Origin: Psilocybe cubensis
Lineage: Eukaryota
Length of the DNA: 64,000 nt
Assembly: GCA_017499595.2 (NCBI GenBank)
Contig: CM039000.1
Coordinates: 3,596,001 to 3,660,000, forward strand
Direction: 5' to 3'
How positions within the stretch are numbered: the first letter of the stretch is position 1; each line of letters begins with the position of its first letter. Position numbers and translations under genes: made by a program. A model generated the notes under the pieces. The model searched no databases. It saw only the letters and a list, made by a program, of their open reading frames with translations, and was not told the origin of the DNA. This document shows, one piece after another, positions 12,911 to 27,387 of the stretch.

Positions 12911-13209
12911 CTAGTGTAAAGACTCTTTGGCCAGCTCAGCAGCGTAAGGGTTGCGAGGGTCGTTGCGCCATTCCGCAGCTGAGGTCGAACCTGAGGTCAG
13001 TGTCTGGTAAGAGGCAAACGCTGTAACGACGCACATCTAATTCCCGAATCCTGAGCTTTGGAGACCAAGTACATGGTGATGGCTCCAGCAGTCATGAAAG
13101 GCCACAGAGTTTTGGCAACCTGCAAAATACGTCAGCCGAAGGGCATTCAACGCGTCGAGGAAAAATGACGGACGGGGGTTGGCCATTTACGAAGTCCAAA
13201 GAAGGCCAT
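12911..13209 (-). CDS. ATP18: Mitochondrial ATP synthase subunit i/j, 3 exons
   Basis: Spliced product MAFFGLRKWPTP|VAKTLWPFMTAGAITMYLVSKAQDSGIR|SAEWRNDPRNPYAAELAKESLH; the PTP..LWPF and NDPRNP motifs are characteristic. Missed by the ORF track. Confidence 0.9.
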
Positions 13210-13635
13210 TGCTTTTAGAGTATCTATATTGGCAGTTTACAGTCAGAATAAGCGGTTTCGTCCATGAAAAAGACGACGGACAAGTTCTTAAGCGTTGGTG
13301 GTGGTGGTTGAGTTGTCGGGCGGGACCGTTTGCACTGATGAGCTGGGATTTCTTGACCGTGAGATAATTCTTCCATTTTAGTGCTTCATACATCATGAAC
13401 GTCTGCACATTGCTGTAAAGTCTACTTTCAACCCTCACACATAATTCGCAGTCTTCTTCACTGCCTCCGCAGAACGCATTGACGTAGGCAGATTTTGGCG
13501 GCTTTGCAACCCCTAGTCACAAATACCACACCAGCCTTCAACCGTGATATAATCTGACAGGAACCGGTGAAGATACACGTGCGGCAAATTGGACGACATT
13601 TGCTTGTTGAGAAGACGGCCTTGTGCTTATGAATT

Positions 13636-16600
13636 ATGTCTTCAAACTTGGGGCTGCTAGCTGAAAAGGCGGCTAAACTTGCTGGTACACCTACGACTAC
13701 TGCAGCGCCAGCGGTATGTATTTACATTCTAACTATGTTCTCCCCACTGCGTCATCCGACTTTGAGTCGCATTTCCTCTAAATGTTTCTTTAAGAATTGG
13801 AAATATTGACCGACTCTTTCTGTAGTGGCGCCAGTTTCCGTTCTTTGACGCAGTGACCGTTAAAGATGTTCACGACTTGAGTAGCACTCCGGATATTTTC
13901 AAAGTATGTTGGCCAAGTTTGTTCCTCGGTTTTATTCTCTTACTTATGAGTCAAGCAAACAGTCCACACCCGAGATATCGACTGCTATCGCGTCATCAGC
14001 AGGGACGCTCGTTGCAGATATTCATGGGAGTATTCATCTCCTAAACCGAGATTTTGAATCCACAAATAGCTGGCTCGCTCATGTCGGAGGGAGAGTAACA
14101 CATATGGCGGAAAGAAGGGGCATTCTGGTGACTTTGGGTGTGAGTTCCTGTAATCTAGGGTTATCAGCATTCTAAGGTCTGACGTGTCAGTAGGAGGAAG
14201 ACGCCGTTCGATCCCCCTTACTCAAAGTATGGGATTTGCAAAACAAAGACAAGAAGACGGGCGTGCCTAATCTCCTTCGCTCGACCAAAGTACAATTAAA
14301 CAATCGTCCACACCCTGTGAGCTCTAAATATTTTGACTGTTTTGGAATACTTATAAAGTTCAATCGATACTATAAAAGGTCACAACCGTGGCCCTATCAG
14401 CTACTGTTGCCCATTTGGCCATTGGACTCGGAGATGGAACCGTTATTCTATTTCGCCACCTCGATCAGTCTCTTGCTACATCCACTTCTCTTACTGCACT
14501 TCCTAAGGCGCGTACTGTACACGAGTCACCTACAGAACCCATCACTGGGCTTGGCTTCCGTGAGCCGGTTCAGGATGACGAATCTCCCAACTCCTATCTT
14601 TTCATTGTCACGACAAACCGAGTACTGTGTTATCAAGCATCTGGGAAAGGCAGTGGTGGAAATGCAGTTGTTGTCGACGAAATTGGGTCGGGCCTTGGAT
14701 GTGCGACTATGGATAGGGATGGAAAAAGCATGATAGTGGCGAGAGATGAGGCTATTTATATGTGTGGGGTTGATGGTCGTGGAACATGTTATGCATATGA
14801 AGGTTCGTCATATGGCTATAAAGAAGTTTGACGGCCGCTCATGAGAGATTTTAGGCCACAAATCGTCCATACACACTCACCAGAATTACCTCGTCATCGT
14901 CTCGCCACCGTTCTTCCCTACCGCCTCATCTGCGTCAGCCACTGTCCGAAACCTAGTAGCTCGCTCACCTAATGCCACTGAAACCGATGTCACGAAGGTC
15001 ACTGTGTTCGATCTTCCCAACAAGATGGTAGCCTACTCGGACACCTTCAAACAAGGCGTCCGCGAAGTTTTCTCGCAATGGGGACATATTTACGTCCTTT
15101 CAACAGAGGGAAATGTTAGTTGCATCTATCGTGTCGGCGGCGTTTTGCTAACGATACGTTCTTCATCTTAGCTGGTGTGTTTAGAAGAGAAGCCTACCTC
15201 AGCAAAACTGGATATGCTGTACCGGAAGTCACTTTATGCTCAGGCTCTCAATATGGCTTATACTCAGAATCTGGATAAATCTACTGTTGCTGATATCCAA
15301 CGCCAATATGGAGACCATCTATACGGCAAAGGTGATTATGACGGAGCCATGCAGCAGTATGTGCAAACAATTGGCTACCTACAGCCAAGTTATGTCATTA
15401 GGAAGGTATGGGGATTAAATCATCAATCATGAGTGCACAATGTTCATATTGCAAAAGTACTTAGATGCTCAACGGATCCACAACCTGGTCACTTATCTCC
15501 AAGAATTACATTCGTTGGGACTGGCCAACGCTGACCACACCACGCTTCTTCTGAACACATATACCAAGCTAAAGGATGTTTCGCGGTTGGACAGCTTCAT
15601 CAAAACCGAATCCCGCCGTAACGCGAATGATAGTGACGAACTACCTTTTGATCTGACCACTGCGATCCGCGTCTGTAGACAAGCTGGATATTTTGAACAT
15701 GCCTCGTATCTGGCGAAAAAGTACGACAGACACGAGGATTATCTGAAGATACAAATCGAAGATGCTGGAAACTTTAGCGAAGCCTTAGCGTATTTACGGA
15801 AGTTGGGCCCTGAAGCAGTATGCATCTCACTACAATCTACCAAGCTCTATTTTAACCGTCTAATGCCAGGCTGAAAGTAATTTGGCCCGTTATGGCCGAG
15901 CTATGCTAGATAGCCTACCTGAAGAGACCACCCAGCTTCTAATCGACCTTTGCACTACAACGGGTCCTCTGACTCCTACAGAACCCACCGAGGCGTCAAT
16001 ATCGGCACCCAAACCCGCCGCACCTGTACCCTCCTATCTGTCATATCTCGCGCTCAATCGTGGCGCAACAGCTACGACCGTTGTCTCATCCGAAACCGCC
16101 ACCCCACCGTCACCTTCCATCAAAACCGCCAGAGCAGACACAGCATCGCGAAGAGATTCCGTACATGATGTTTCCTCGCCGACCACCCCTCCTCCTCCGA
16201 CAACGTCCTCCGTCATAACTTCACGCCAGCCGCCACAGTCTGCCGTGCCCGCACCACCCCCGGTGAAGCCCCTCTCGCCTCGAATATACTTCCCACATTT
16301 TGTCGATCACATGAGCCAGTTCGTCGTCTTCCTTGAAACTGTGGCGAAGAGGCGCTGGGGCCAGAGTGTTGACGACCAATCTCCTGGTTCAATCGAGTTG
16401 TATGGATCACAAAAAGATGATGCGGAAACTCCTGAGGTGGACGATGAATTGGTTGACAAGATGGACCAGGTTGCTGTGTGGAACACCCTTTTGGAGCTAT
16501 ATCTCACGCTACCGAATAACAAAGGCGGACCTGCCAACAAGAGTGCTCAACTATTCGAGGAGAGTACGATGAGGGATAAAGCCCTGCGCGTTCTGCGGAG

Positions 16601-17522
16601 CTCCAGTATACCATACGATGCAACACATGCTTTGATTCTTTGTTCTACATACCGCTTCACTGACGGTCTCGTACTACTTTGGGAGAAGATGGGTATGTAC
16701 GAAGATGTTTTGCGCTTCTGGATGGACAAGGACAAAGAAGGCAACACACCGAACGCGTCGCAGAAGGTTATCGAGCATCTCATGTACTATGGCAAGGACC
16801 ATCCTCATCTCTACCCGCTTGTTCTGAGGTTCTTGACCTCGACGCCGGAGCTGCTTAACCGGCATCAAACTGATTTGAAGGACATCCTGGAACATATCGA
16901 CGATGCGCAATTGATTCCCCCACTGGGCGTCATCCAGGTCTTGAGCCGAAATGGAGTGGCGAGTGTCGGTTTAGTGAAGGAATGGCTGATCAAGAGGATC
17001 AAGGAAAGTAGGAGTGAAATACAGAATGTAAGTTTCCCTTGTCAATATTTTTGCTTAATCTATTCAATATATTTCTTTAGGATCAAGCTCTCACGAAATC
17101 GTATCGTCTGGAGACTGCTGACAGGCTAAAGCAAGTTGCTGAATTGACAAACACAGAAGAGCCTCGGGTGTTCCATGTCACAAGGTGCTCCAGCTGCCTG
17201 GGCCAGCTCGACCTTCCCAGCGTGCACTTCATGTGCAACCACTCTTATCATCAACGGTATGTATTGCGTGTCTTTTCTTCTGAGCGTGTATTCATCTAAT
17301 CGCTATTCGCTTGCTTGTAGGTGCATTGCGGACAACGAAGCCGAATGTCCTGCGTGTGCGCGCGAACATGGCGTCATACGCGAAATCAAACTAAGCAATG
17401 ACAAGCTTGCCGATAGACATGATTTATTTCTTGCGGAGGTCGAGGAGAATGGATTCGAGGCTATCGCATCTGCGTTCGGGAGAGGTGTATTGAATGTGGC
17501 GAGACAAGAAGAAGTGTCATAG
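13636..17522 (+). CDS. VPS11: HOPS/CORVET core subunit Vps11 (multi-exon)
   Basis: N-terminal WRQFPFFD; YGDHLYGKGDYDGAMQQY; YLDAQRIHNL..YL; HTTLLLNTYTKLKD; C-terminal RING (CSSC..LDLPSVHFMCNHSYHQRC..CPAC). Confidence 0.93.
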
Positions 17523-17940
17523 GTTGGAATAGGCTCACACTTAATCATCATGGACATCTAGGAATGGTAACTGCTTTCGAAATTCAGGCTATCTGGCATA
17601 TCTGGCATGCATGTCTGCGTATGCTACTCGGATGGAAACATCTCGTGAGAGGCTGGAGCAGATAGGCCAATGAATCCGCCTGAACTATTGCTCATTGTGG
17701 AGTTCGATAAAGGTGCATATTCCACGGTAATGTATATGCTACTCAGAATGGTTATAGAACTGCCACAAGTCGTTCAATCAAAAGCCTAATGAACCACCGT
17801 ATGACCATCTGAACACAGGCGCATGTCCCAGGGTGGCGTACTAAGGACTCGGGGAGATCGGAGAACCCGTCAGATGTCAGTCTAATCAAAACTATAATCG
17901 ACCATCGTATGACCATGTAAACACCATTGCCATTTCATTT

Positions 17941-19359
17941 CTACCACCACCCTGTTACAGGACCCTTGCACCTGACGCTCGGTTCTATTCTGTTCTCTCG
18001 ATCGACGAGCACATCCATTGTGAATTTCATATAATTCCCGGAGACTAGGAGCGGGAACCGATCGAGCAAATTTTTCCTGTTTCGTTCGATAAAGAGAGGT
18101 TCTTCCTGGTATGAGAGATATCGGCCTGGTTGTATGCGGAAGCGGAATAGGAAGTGCACGCTCTGTAGTCCTGTCGATGTCGGCTCGATCTGTCCGGTGG
18201 AGGTAGAGCTGACATTGTTGCCTGTGAGGTGGGCATCGACGATGTCCCATGCATCCCATAGTCTCGCGTCCTCGCCGTCGTCGAAAAATATTTCTCGAAA
18301 GTTAACGTCGGTCTCTACAATCAGATGCTGCGTGCTGCCTAGTGACCTTACCGTGCCCGGTGCAGGTAGAAAGAAATAGCGCAATTTGGTCATGAACCCC
18401 ATCGTGCGCCGCATCCAGAAAATGTTTTGGATAATTCTGAGCGTGCATAAGGCTGGGAAGGCTGTGAGAGGAGTTGTATAATCGTCATCCTGGAGGGTGA
18501 GGGACGTTAAATTCGAAAATACGAGGGGGATCAGGGGGTCGGTTAATGAATTGGCGGGGGCCGAAGAGGGATGAAATGCATGAGCGATCTTTGCAAGCAA
18601 ATTCGACGATTTTGTCGTAGGTGAAAGACTGTGACGGACGTCTGCCAAAGTCATGGACTTCAGTCGTAATACATTGTCGTCGTTTTCGTCGAGTTCAGCA
18701 TCCGGGTCATTTTTGTCCTGGTCAGTGAACATGCACTGTTCAAGGTGTAATTCCTCCACGTTCGTTCCGCAGAGTTCCCGTAGACGCAGACCGACGTTTG
18801 TGAGATGCACAGTTGTCAATCTTTGTGAATGGCAAAGAGAATCAAGTGCGCTGCAAAGGATATTGTTCGACCCTTCGAAAAGATGGATTGGATAGGTTCG
18901 TCTGAAGGCGATTGGGGTCATTGGGAAATCAAGTATCTCTACATTGAGAGTTTTGATTCCGTGGTCGGGGCCATGGAGAGCATTCAATATTCCAGATAAT
19001 TGGGGTAGCTGGGATATGGCGATCATATCCCTTTTCTTCTCGAACACGAATGAAATTCGTACAGATCGAATGTGGTGGACCAGTGCAATGCCTGGGAAGG
19101 GCAATCCTCCCGCCAGTATTTCATGGAGGCTCGCCAGCTTCTTCTCGCAGACGGTGAGGGAGCTACGGTCTTTCTCTGCGTTGCTGCTCGATAGAACCAG
19201 GTGAAGTTCGTCGTAAAGGTAATAATAAGCGCGCGTGAGTAGCGCTACTGAGACAAGAGCCAATGCCCTAAGTCCATCGCGAGACGATTTCGTATGCGAC
19301 TCGGATCCTACATGATCCACAATAATGTCAATGATTTCGGAGGGTAAAGTTGGCTGCAT
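17941..19359 (-). CDS. F-box-like domain protein, 472 aa
   Basis: Single long ORF with N-terminal LPSEIIDIIVDHV..LRALALVS motif followed by LRR-like segments. Confidence 0.75.
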   Translation of the reverse strand: MQPTLPSEIIDIIVDHVGSESHTKSSRDGLRALALVSVALLTRAYYYLYDELHLVLSSSNAEKDRSSLTVCEKKLASLHEILAGGLPFPGIALVHHIRSVRISFVFEKKRDMIAISQLPQLSGILNALHGPDHGIKTLNVEILDFPMTPIAFRRTYPIHLFEGSNNILCSALDSLCHSQRLTTVHLTNVGLRLRELCGTNVEELHLEQCMFTDQDKNDPDAELDENDDNVLRLKSMTLADVRHSLSPTTKSSNLLAKIAHAFHPSSAPANSLTDPLIPLVFSNLTSLTLQDDDYTTPLTAFPALCTLRIIQNIFWMRRTMGFMTKLRYFFLPAPGTVRSLGSTQHLIVETDVNFREIFFDDGEDARLWDAWDIVDAHLTGNNVSSTSTGQIEPTSTGLQSVHFLFRFRIQPGRYLSYQEEPLFIERNRKNLLDRFPLLVSGNYMKFTMDVLVDRENRIEPSVRCKGPVTGWW

Positions 19360-21037
19360 GATTCTGTAAATGTCAGCTCGTAGTAGAGATGCAAGGAAGG
19401 AAACGTTTGGACCACACCTGATCGATGATAATTTATAGCGATTATTTCAGTAAAGAATTATGGGAACTGACGTCAATCACCAGCGGTCGGCGTTGACAGT
19501 ATACCTGTTGTCACCTTTTATTTGGCAGTCGGCGTCAACTCGGAGCTCGTGCGTACCTGTTTAACTTCAAGTCCCTTAATGATTTTATGTCTAAATTTAG
19601 ATCAGACCTTCTCGGCATTAGGCTATTCCCTAGCTGGTAGTGGGCACAATACGTACGGCATTATATCAACATACAGAGCAAGTCTTCTACATTCTGAGCG
19701 TCATTCAATACGTCAGTCTTCTCATACCACAAAATAACTTTGCTATGAACAACTTGCATCGTGCAATAAAAGCAAATCTAGGCCACCCCAGGCTGCCACC
19801 TCCGAGGTCCAATGTATCGTATTTTAACGTTTTGAAACGATTCACATACCGTACGTCTCGTGTTTCATTCAGTGCGTGCGGTTGACGTTATTTAGAGGAA
19901 CATGGTTCGGATCATGGATGCACTTCCGACTTGCAGGAAATTTTTTGCCACCACTAAAAAGTTTCAAGGTAGTGCACACTGCACAATGTATGTCTAATTC
20001 ATTTTCATTGTTATTGATGAGAATGAGACGCCAGACCACTTTCATCCTGCGATCAGACCATTTCTAAGGACCTTCAAGTTCAATAGCTCGTAGCCTCGTT
20101 CATCACATAGCTCGCTTCATCCTCTCTTTCGGCACCTCAGCCAACTTTCTCTCTGATGGTTCTAGACCAAGATGCTTTACGAAGAAAATCGTCCGACCTT
20201 TTAGTCCATTTTTTTGCCCGCCTATAAGCTTATATCTCGGGTGCGTTCGCCACCCGTCGTAGACACTGACCCGCCGCTGCTCTATTGCGTGAATACGATT
20301 GCTTATTGCCAAGGAGTGCGGCGTAATAATGAACATGGGCCTGCGTGAACTAAAACTAACAGAATAGCAATAGCAAGTGAATTGGTCGGTTGGCTTGACC
20401 GCCGCGCTCTCAAAACATCAGTGCGCCCGCCCTCCTTGTCATGTTTGCTGTGGTCATCGCACGGCAGTGGCGGTAATTTGGTCAAAGCAGTGGCAGGAGT
20501 ATTTAATCTCCGCTTTGCATCTGCCGACTGCCGAGTAATCAATCACATTCGCCCCAGAGAACCTTAAACTTGTTCGGGAGTCGGGGACGTTGATTACAAT
20601 CAACTAATGGTCTTGTGTGCCATGTGAAAGCATCTGTGAAGACCATGGTTGTGAGAAGGTAATGAAAAAGGTCAATGTTCTCATTCCTTGTCGTCGTAGG
20701 GGAGCTGTCGGAAACACCGTGAGAAGGGTAGGACAATATATCTTATCGGCATTCAACTAGTTACCACAATATCATTCAACTCGGTCCTGCAGGCACAAAG
20801 GTATTTCGACTATGTAAACCCATTATGCTAAACGTTAGATTCCTTTGACTTACCTTTGTGACTGTAATAATGAGATTGTCTTTCTTCTTGTTTTCCGTTT
20901 CTGTGTTTGTCTTTTGTCCCGGTGAGGAAACGCGTGACCTAATTGGAGATTTGACATTGGGATCGTCGCATGTACCGCTTACTCTGTCTGTTATATTCTG
21001 GTAATTGCTTTGGGCGAAATTCAAACCTCCAACCACC

Positions 21038-23275
21038 ATGAAAGGATCGCGCAGAAAGTACAAGATTCGCAGACGATGCTTCGTACGTCCGTCAACATTG
21101 AAGTTAACAGGCATGAATTAACTGTACCCACTATGACTGCCGGCATGCTTGATCTCATCACTTCATGACCAACAGCATTTCGATGAGCATAAACGACCAA
21201 TTCGGGGTGGCTGTAGACGCGGTGATAGCTGTAATTATGTACACCCAGATGACGACGAGTGGGACGATCTCACTCCTTCTTACCACCCTGACGGCCCAGT
21301 CAATCGTAGTCCACCGCGGTACAGGAAACGTTGGTCCTCTCGGTCACGGTCGAGGTCAAGGTCAAGGTCACAGACGCCTCGTGCCTGGGACGGAAGTGAA
21401 GAACGGACTGCGGGGCCGTCGTCTTCATCGCAAGTACCAACTTTAAGCTCTAGAATCACGGATCACCCCGCCCCTTCCTCGTCCAGAGCTCCTCCAACGC
21501 AACCACCACCCATCAGGACGGCATCTCTAGGCGGCATGAGCAGCGCATATTCACCGACATCAGCCCAATCTGGTTCGTCTAGAATCTTATCTGGCAACAT
21601 CGTGACGTCGCCAAACTCAGCTCCGACAGAACCTAAGGCTTTTCGTGCCTTCCAAAGCGCACACAAAAGCACAAATCCACAATCTAATTCACCGGCCACG
21701 CCAATCCAGATGCATCATGGAGAGGCATCGTCATCCTTGCAGCCCGCGCCTCCACCTCCGCCAAACCATTCCCCGCCGATGCAACCCCCGCAACCCTTAC
21801 CAGATGTACCCGATGTCATGATGGTACCGGCAGAATCACAGCCAGCCGACCGAAAGACAGAAGATAAGAAAGAATTTTGGGAAAAACGGACAGCGTGCGT
21901 GATTGTATTCTACCTGTACAGAAACAGTTTTAAGCCTGTGTACCATTCAAATTTACAGATCCATCGCTAAATCCACGCGGCTGCTTGAAAAAGTGAAGGA
22001 GCTCGATAAATCATGCAAAGACGCAGATCACGTATTGCAAAGTTCATTCTTTGCAGGTCTGCCGGAGCCTGAACGCGCACGTCTCAGAGAACAATACCAG
22101 TCACTTCTCACGGCGCGAAAGGACGCAGAGAAGGAGTATCATGCAATCAGACAAGAGCTTGCCAATGCCGACGCATGGCCCACGGGCCCATCAGCCACTT
22201 TTCAAGCGGAAGAAGACGTTCTCGCGAAACAGAAAGAGATCTCGACGTATCTCAAGGAGCTCGCGACAATGATGCAGGAAGTGCAAAAAGTATTTGGAGA
22301 GTTGCCAAAATACAACCCTCCTGCTTTGCTTTCGCAGGGTGCTGGAGCAGACGAAGATGGGACTGCTATGGATGTGGATGTTAAGCCTGAGTCGTCTCAG
22401 GCAGGTCGAAAGCGCCGCAGGATGGACGATGCAGGCAGAGCAGATGCAGATGGACCTTCAGCGGAGGAAATGCAGGAATTTATCACCACGCTAACGGACC
22501 TTGAGGAGAAAATATCGACCCTCAGGAATGACATGACCGCCCGTGATGCAGAAACAAGAGAAGATCTGGAAAATCTCATTTCGACGAGGATCGACGAAAA
22601 TAATTTCAAGAATGCCGAGATTGCGCGGGAGAGGGAAGAGAAGTTGCAGGAGGAAGAGAAGACTAGGAATAACCTTCTTGGTGCACTGACCACAGAGGTA
22701 CAGAAGGCGGGGGATGATATCGGTGAGATCGCTACGGCGGTTGGGGGCCTGGTTCTTCGTGTGGCCGATCTTGAGGTTGAACTTTCAAAGGAAAAGGAAG
22801 CCCATGAAACTGCGTTAAGCAGACTGGCTGTGGTATGTTTATCACTATCTTCATATATATATATCTTTATCACTCAACATTCAATTCACACTTTGTTTAG
22901 GTCGAAGAACGTCTATCACAATATGGCAAGTCCCAAGCGGAATACACGCGCAACATCGACACTCTCACGGCAGCCTTGGAGGCATACAAAACTTCTCCCC
23001 CTACTCCTCCAGTCACTCCACGCAACCCCTCCGCCGCGTATGTCATCTCCGTCATTGAAGAACGCATTCTCGCGGGTCTGCACTCGACAATGGTTCCCTT
23101 TGTTGAAGAGCTACGACGTGACATGGAAAATCTGTTGTCTGAAAAGAATCGTGAGGTTTATCGCGTGGTGTGGGACAAACTTGGCAAGACGATGAAGCTG
23201 ATCGAGAAAATCAAGGCGAGGGTTGACGCTGGCGTCAGCGGTGAAGGTGTCGCTCGAGGCCCGAACCAGGCGTAG
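21038..23275 (+). CDS. CCCH zinc-finger / RS-repeat / coiled-coil protein
   Basis: Spliced CF|HFDEHKRPIRGGCRRGDSCNYVHP (CCCH); SRSRSRSRS; Pro/Ser-rich middle; long coiled-coil exons at 21960-22832 and 22901-23275. Confidence 0.7.
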
Positions 23276-24713
23276 CCTTCTGGGTTGGCGCCCATGTTTT
23301 TTTTCGTTTGATTGTCATTTTCCTTCGTTCCTCTCACTCATGGTTACCGATGGAATCATGTCATTTCTTGACTTCGTGGTTGGTTATTGTAGTTATCCAC
23401 TTCTGTACCTAATATAGTATCTAGACATGCTTGTAACGACTGTATCTATACGACTAATTTCCTATCCTCTCTTTCTTGGGTCAAACCATACAGATAAAAG
23501 ACGATTTGAGCGCTAGTACCGCAACAGTCACGAAATTGAGAATCAAGGTCACGTGTGATGACTTGTCGCGTCACTACCGACGCGACCGAGACGCGACGCG
23601 AACTTAGGGGTTTAATACAAATCTTGGGGAAAGGCGCTGGCGGTCAGTATCATGCACACTCAAAAGCACTCACAATAGCAGCTCTATCAGTGTTCAAGAT
23701 AAGATCTATACGGCTAACATCAATATCATTCTTCATGACACCCGACTCGAATCGGACCCAGATTCAACTGAACTGCCTTTAAATCCAGAACCTTGAAGAG
23801 ATTGCGTCGTCAATCTTTCTATTTTGATTATGAGTTTCTCACAACATACCATCAAAACTCCGGAGGCAAACAACCCCAAACCATCCTGGTCTCTCGTGCA
23901 CAGTTTTGACACATGTTACGTGGAGATAAGCGTACAGGGTGAATTGGAAAAGGTACCCCTGGGTTGAAAGCTGACAGGATACTTACAACATGTGGACGGT
24001 CTATAGAAGTCGTTCTATTACAATGCTACTGTAATCCAAATTTAGATTGATAGATAATTGAATTGTCCTTGGAAAAGAATGTATTTACATGGGAGATGAC
24101 ATATGTTTTTATTTAACGGTAGGCTTACTGGCATGTACTAAGATTGCAAAAAGCTTTGCTTCTGAATAGATTCAGATGTCTATAACATATCAATTCAAGT
24201 GACATGAATTGCCCTTTGGCCAGAACAGTTTGAATGGCATCTACACGTGTTTTGCAGGGATACGCAAATGTCATGTCCTTCGGTGGACATTGCTCCTTTT
24301 CTAAATTGAACCCTTAGAAAACTGTGAAAGAATCTGCCCCACATTTAAATAGAAACATGTCTCAATGGTATACATGGACTCATTTTTCAATCATGAATCT
24401 ACCGACGTTTATGTTATCAATTCAATGTCTAGAGTTCCGTACCATGGATATGGTGCATGAGTTGCAAGCCTGCACTCTGTGTATTCAGTTACGAGGTCAG
24501 GAACAAAGTAAACAGAGTTCAAGTACTGGCAGCGCCTGGCAGATAGTTGGCCGCAGGGCCAGGTTGCAATCAGGTACAAATAACGCGTAAACAACCCAAA
24601 AAGGACTCGTGGTTTCTTTATAAACATCTCCGTCATCCATTAAACATCCACCGATCACCCATCTACCGGCCATCCTCAGCGGTCCCCAGAGTTCCGAGAT
24701 CTCTGAAACAGAG

Positions 24714-27169
24714 ATGTTTCTGTTTCTCTTTGAATATCTTTTACAAATATTCTTTCCTGCTAGCTTGCTTATCGTCCCCGAAATTTCGTCAGTCCCTACG
24801 GTCGGCCCTCAATCGACATTATATGTTACCAATGAGTACATCTCTCCAGACGGTTTCCGACGATCGTGATTATCCATAAATTCATAATATATATGCCAGT
24901 TTGATCTGACCGTGTCTTCCCCTTTTCTAGTGCTTCTCTGATTAATGGCGTGTTTCCAGCGCCAGTTATCGTTGCGACTAAGGTAGTGCTACCACCAAAG
25001 CCGTAGATCTCCGATTACAGGATAATCTTTGTTTAATAGGGCGACCATTTTAAATTGAACGTCTCCAACTTTCTCTCTGACAGCACCATGCTCAGGAGTA
25101 CAAGTATCGTAAGTAGTACGCACTCTAGCATCCGGAGAGGATGATGGTGACGCGTCTGACTATCCAACTAGCATTGGCATGGGATTCTTCAACGAGGCAC
25201 GAACTGGGCTGACGGACCTGTTGGCGTTAGTCAATGTCCGATATCACCTAATCATTCTTTTCTTTACGAATTCAACGCTATTGAAGCCGGGACATTCTGG
25301 TATCATTCTCATTATGGTAAAGAAGTGCTGTATTATGCCATTTCAGACACCTCTGACCTCATATCTATCACTTTAGGTACGCAGTACTGTGATGGAATGC
25401 GTGGTGCCTTGGTAGTATATGATCCTCAAGACCCTCAAAGAACGCTATATGACGGTATGCTTCAATCATACGGTGCTATCTAAAATCACTTATTAATTTT
25501 CACTTTCGCATAACTTTGTCAGTCGATGACGGTAATGAAGTGTTTGTTATTTAAGGTGGTACAGCATACTGAGTATGAATTTCTAGAAAATACAGTAGTA
25601 ACAATAGGTGATTGGTGAGGGATTTCGCCATGGCCTTGGACTGTTACTTCATTCTGACCTGACAAGGTATCATTATCCGTCTCCTTCTCTGGAGACTTTC
25701 CCGAAGGCAGATTCGACATTAATTAACGGGAAAGGGCGATATCCCAAAGGCAAACCAGCAGCTCTTTCAGTCGTCAATGTCGAGTATGGAAAACGCTATC
25801 GCTTGCGTCTTATATCCATCACATGTGATGGCTCCTATACCATTTTCATAGACAAGCATCCCTTTACTGTGATTGAAGCTGACGGTCAAAGTGTCGTCCC
25901 TGTCAGAGCTATCGACGCTTTGACGATCTTTGCAGGTGAGGCTCGCATCGATCTTTATCAGAAACTATTCAAACAAACAGGGTCCAAGGGCAGCGCTATT
26001 CTGTGGTCATTGTCGCTAACCAACCGATCGGTAATTACTGGATAAGAGCGCAGCGCGGCGTCGTTCAAGGCAACGTTGATCCTTTTGAGGGAGGACTTAA
26101 CTCTGCTATCTTGCGCTACAAGGGCGCTGAGGAGGTCGAACCTGTACCGATTCCATATATTCCACCCAACCGTGTTCTCCGTGAGACGGAGCTACACGCT
26201 CTAATTGATCCTGAAGCTCCTGGAAAACCAGAACAAGATGGTGGGGACGTAAACCTTCACTTCTCCATTACCTACGACGAGAAGACGAAGATGTTCCTTA
26301 CCAATGGTAAATATTTCCAGCCTCCAAAGGTACCTGTGTTACTCCAGCTTTTGTCTGGAACACCTCCGGAAGAGCTCCTCCCGGAAGGATCGATTTTTAC
26401 CCTTCCTCGGAACAAAACCATATCCATCTCAATGCTTCCTGGAGAATTTGATACGCCGGTATGCATTTTCTAGGATGAAGAAAAGTCTGAATACTGACCA
26501 TGAGATTGCAATTACATTCCCTTTTACTAGCATCCATTCCATTTACATGGGGTATGTTTAAAACCGTGTAAATTATCAGTCCAAAGTGTTGATACCAAGC
26601 CGTCGTGCAGCATACCTTCAGTGTTGTACGAAGTGCCAACACGACGGATGATCCTGCTCCTAAATACAACTATCGCGATCCCGTACGTAGGGATACCGTC
26701 AATCTTGGCAAGGTAGATTCAGGAAGCAATGTTACCATTCGCTTCAGAACCGATAACCCTGGACCTTGGATCTTTCACTGGTGAGTTTAGATCGTCTTCC
26801 TTATTCTCATAGCTAATGAGCTCGTACAATACCACTAGTCATGTTGATTGGCATCTTGAGAGGTAACTGGCTTGAGAATGATCATGTTCTTCCTATTTGT
26901 GCTAAATCCGTTGCAGAGGCATGGCGATCGTATTTGCCGAGGCTCCTGAAGAAGCGCGCAAGGAGATACACCCACCTGGTAAGAAAATGTTCCATCATGG
27001 TCGAATGTTCTGTACAGATTCTGATTTTCAACATATCTCAGAGGAATGGCATTATCTTTGCCCAGTCTTTGATAATCTTCCTGAATCCTTGACGTCGATA
27101 TCTACAGTAGCTATCCCACCTCCTACGGCAACAACCATCGAGCCAACTCCCTTCATAAACCTCCTTTAA
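24714..27169 (+). CDS. Laccase / multicopper oxidase (AA1), many introns
   Basis: All four copper-binding motifs are recovered after splicing: HWHG (25171), WYHSH (~25279), HPFHLHG (26531), [12 protein letters not shown] (~26776-26923). Also [18 protein letters not shown] and DNPGPW, plus a hydrophobic N-terminus. Confidence 0.93.
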
Positions 27170-27387
27170 ATCGTGCTATGACAACTTTGCGACACCTTGA
27201 TTTTGTATTTTCCTCAGTATGCAAGTTGTGTACGTGTACGATAAATACTGAAATATATTGATTGTATCTTAATACATATGAAGTGATATTATACAACGCA
27301 ACGGGATAGAACAGGTCGGTAAGTAATTTTCCATAAATTCATGAGTGTCAGTGGATGCTTGAGGTTTTCAGCTAGACATTGATTCTA

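Noticed and set aside
13330-13600. Possible small gene between ATP18 and VPS11
   Set aside because: The trial spliced peptide is unrecognisable; more likely the shared divergent promoter.
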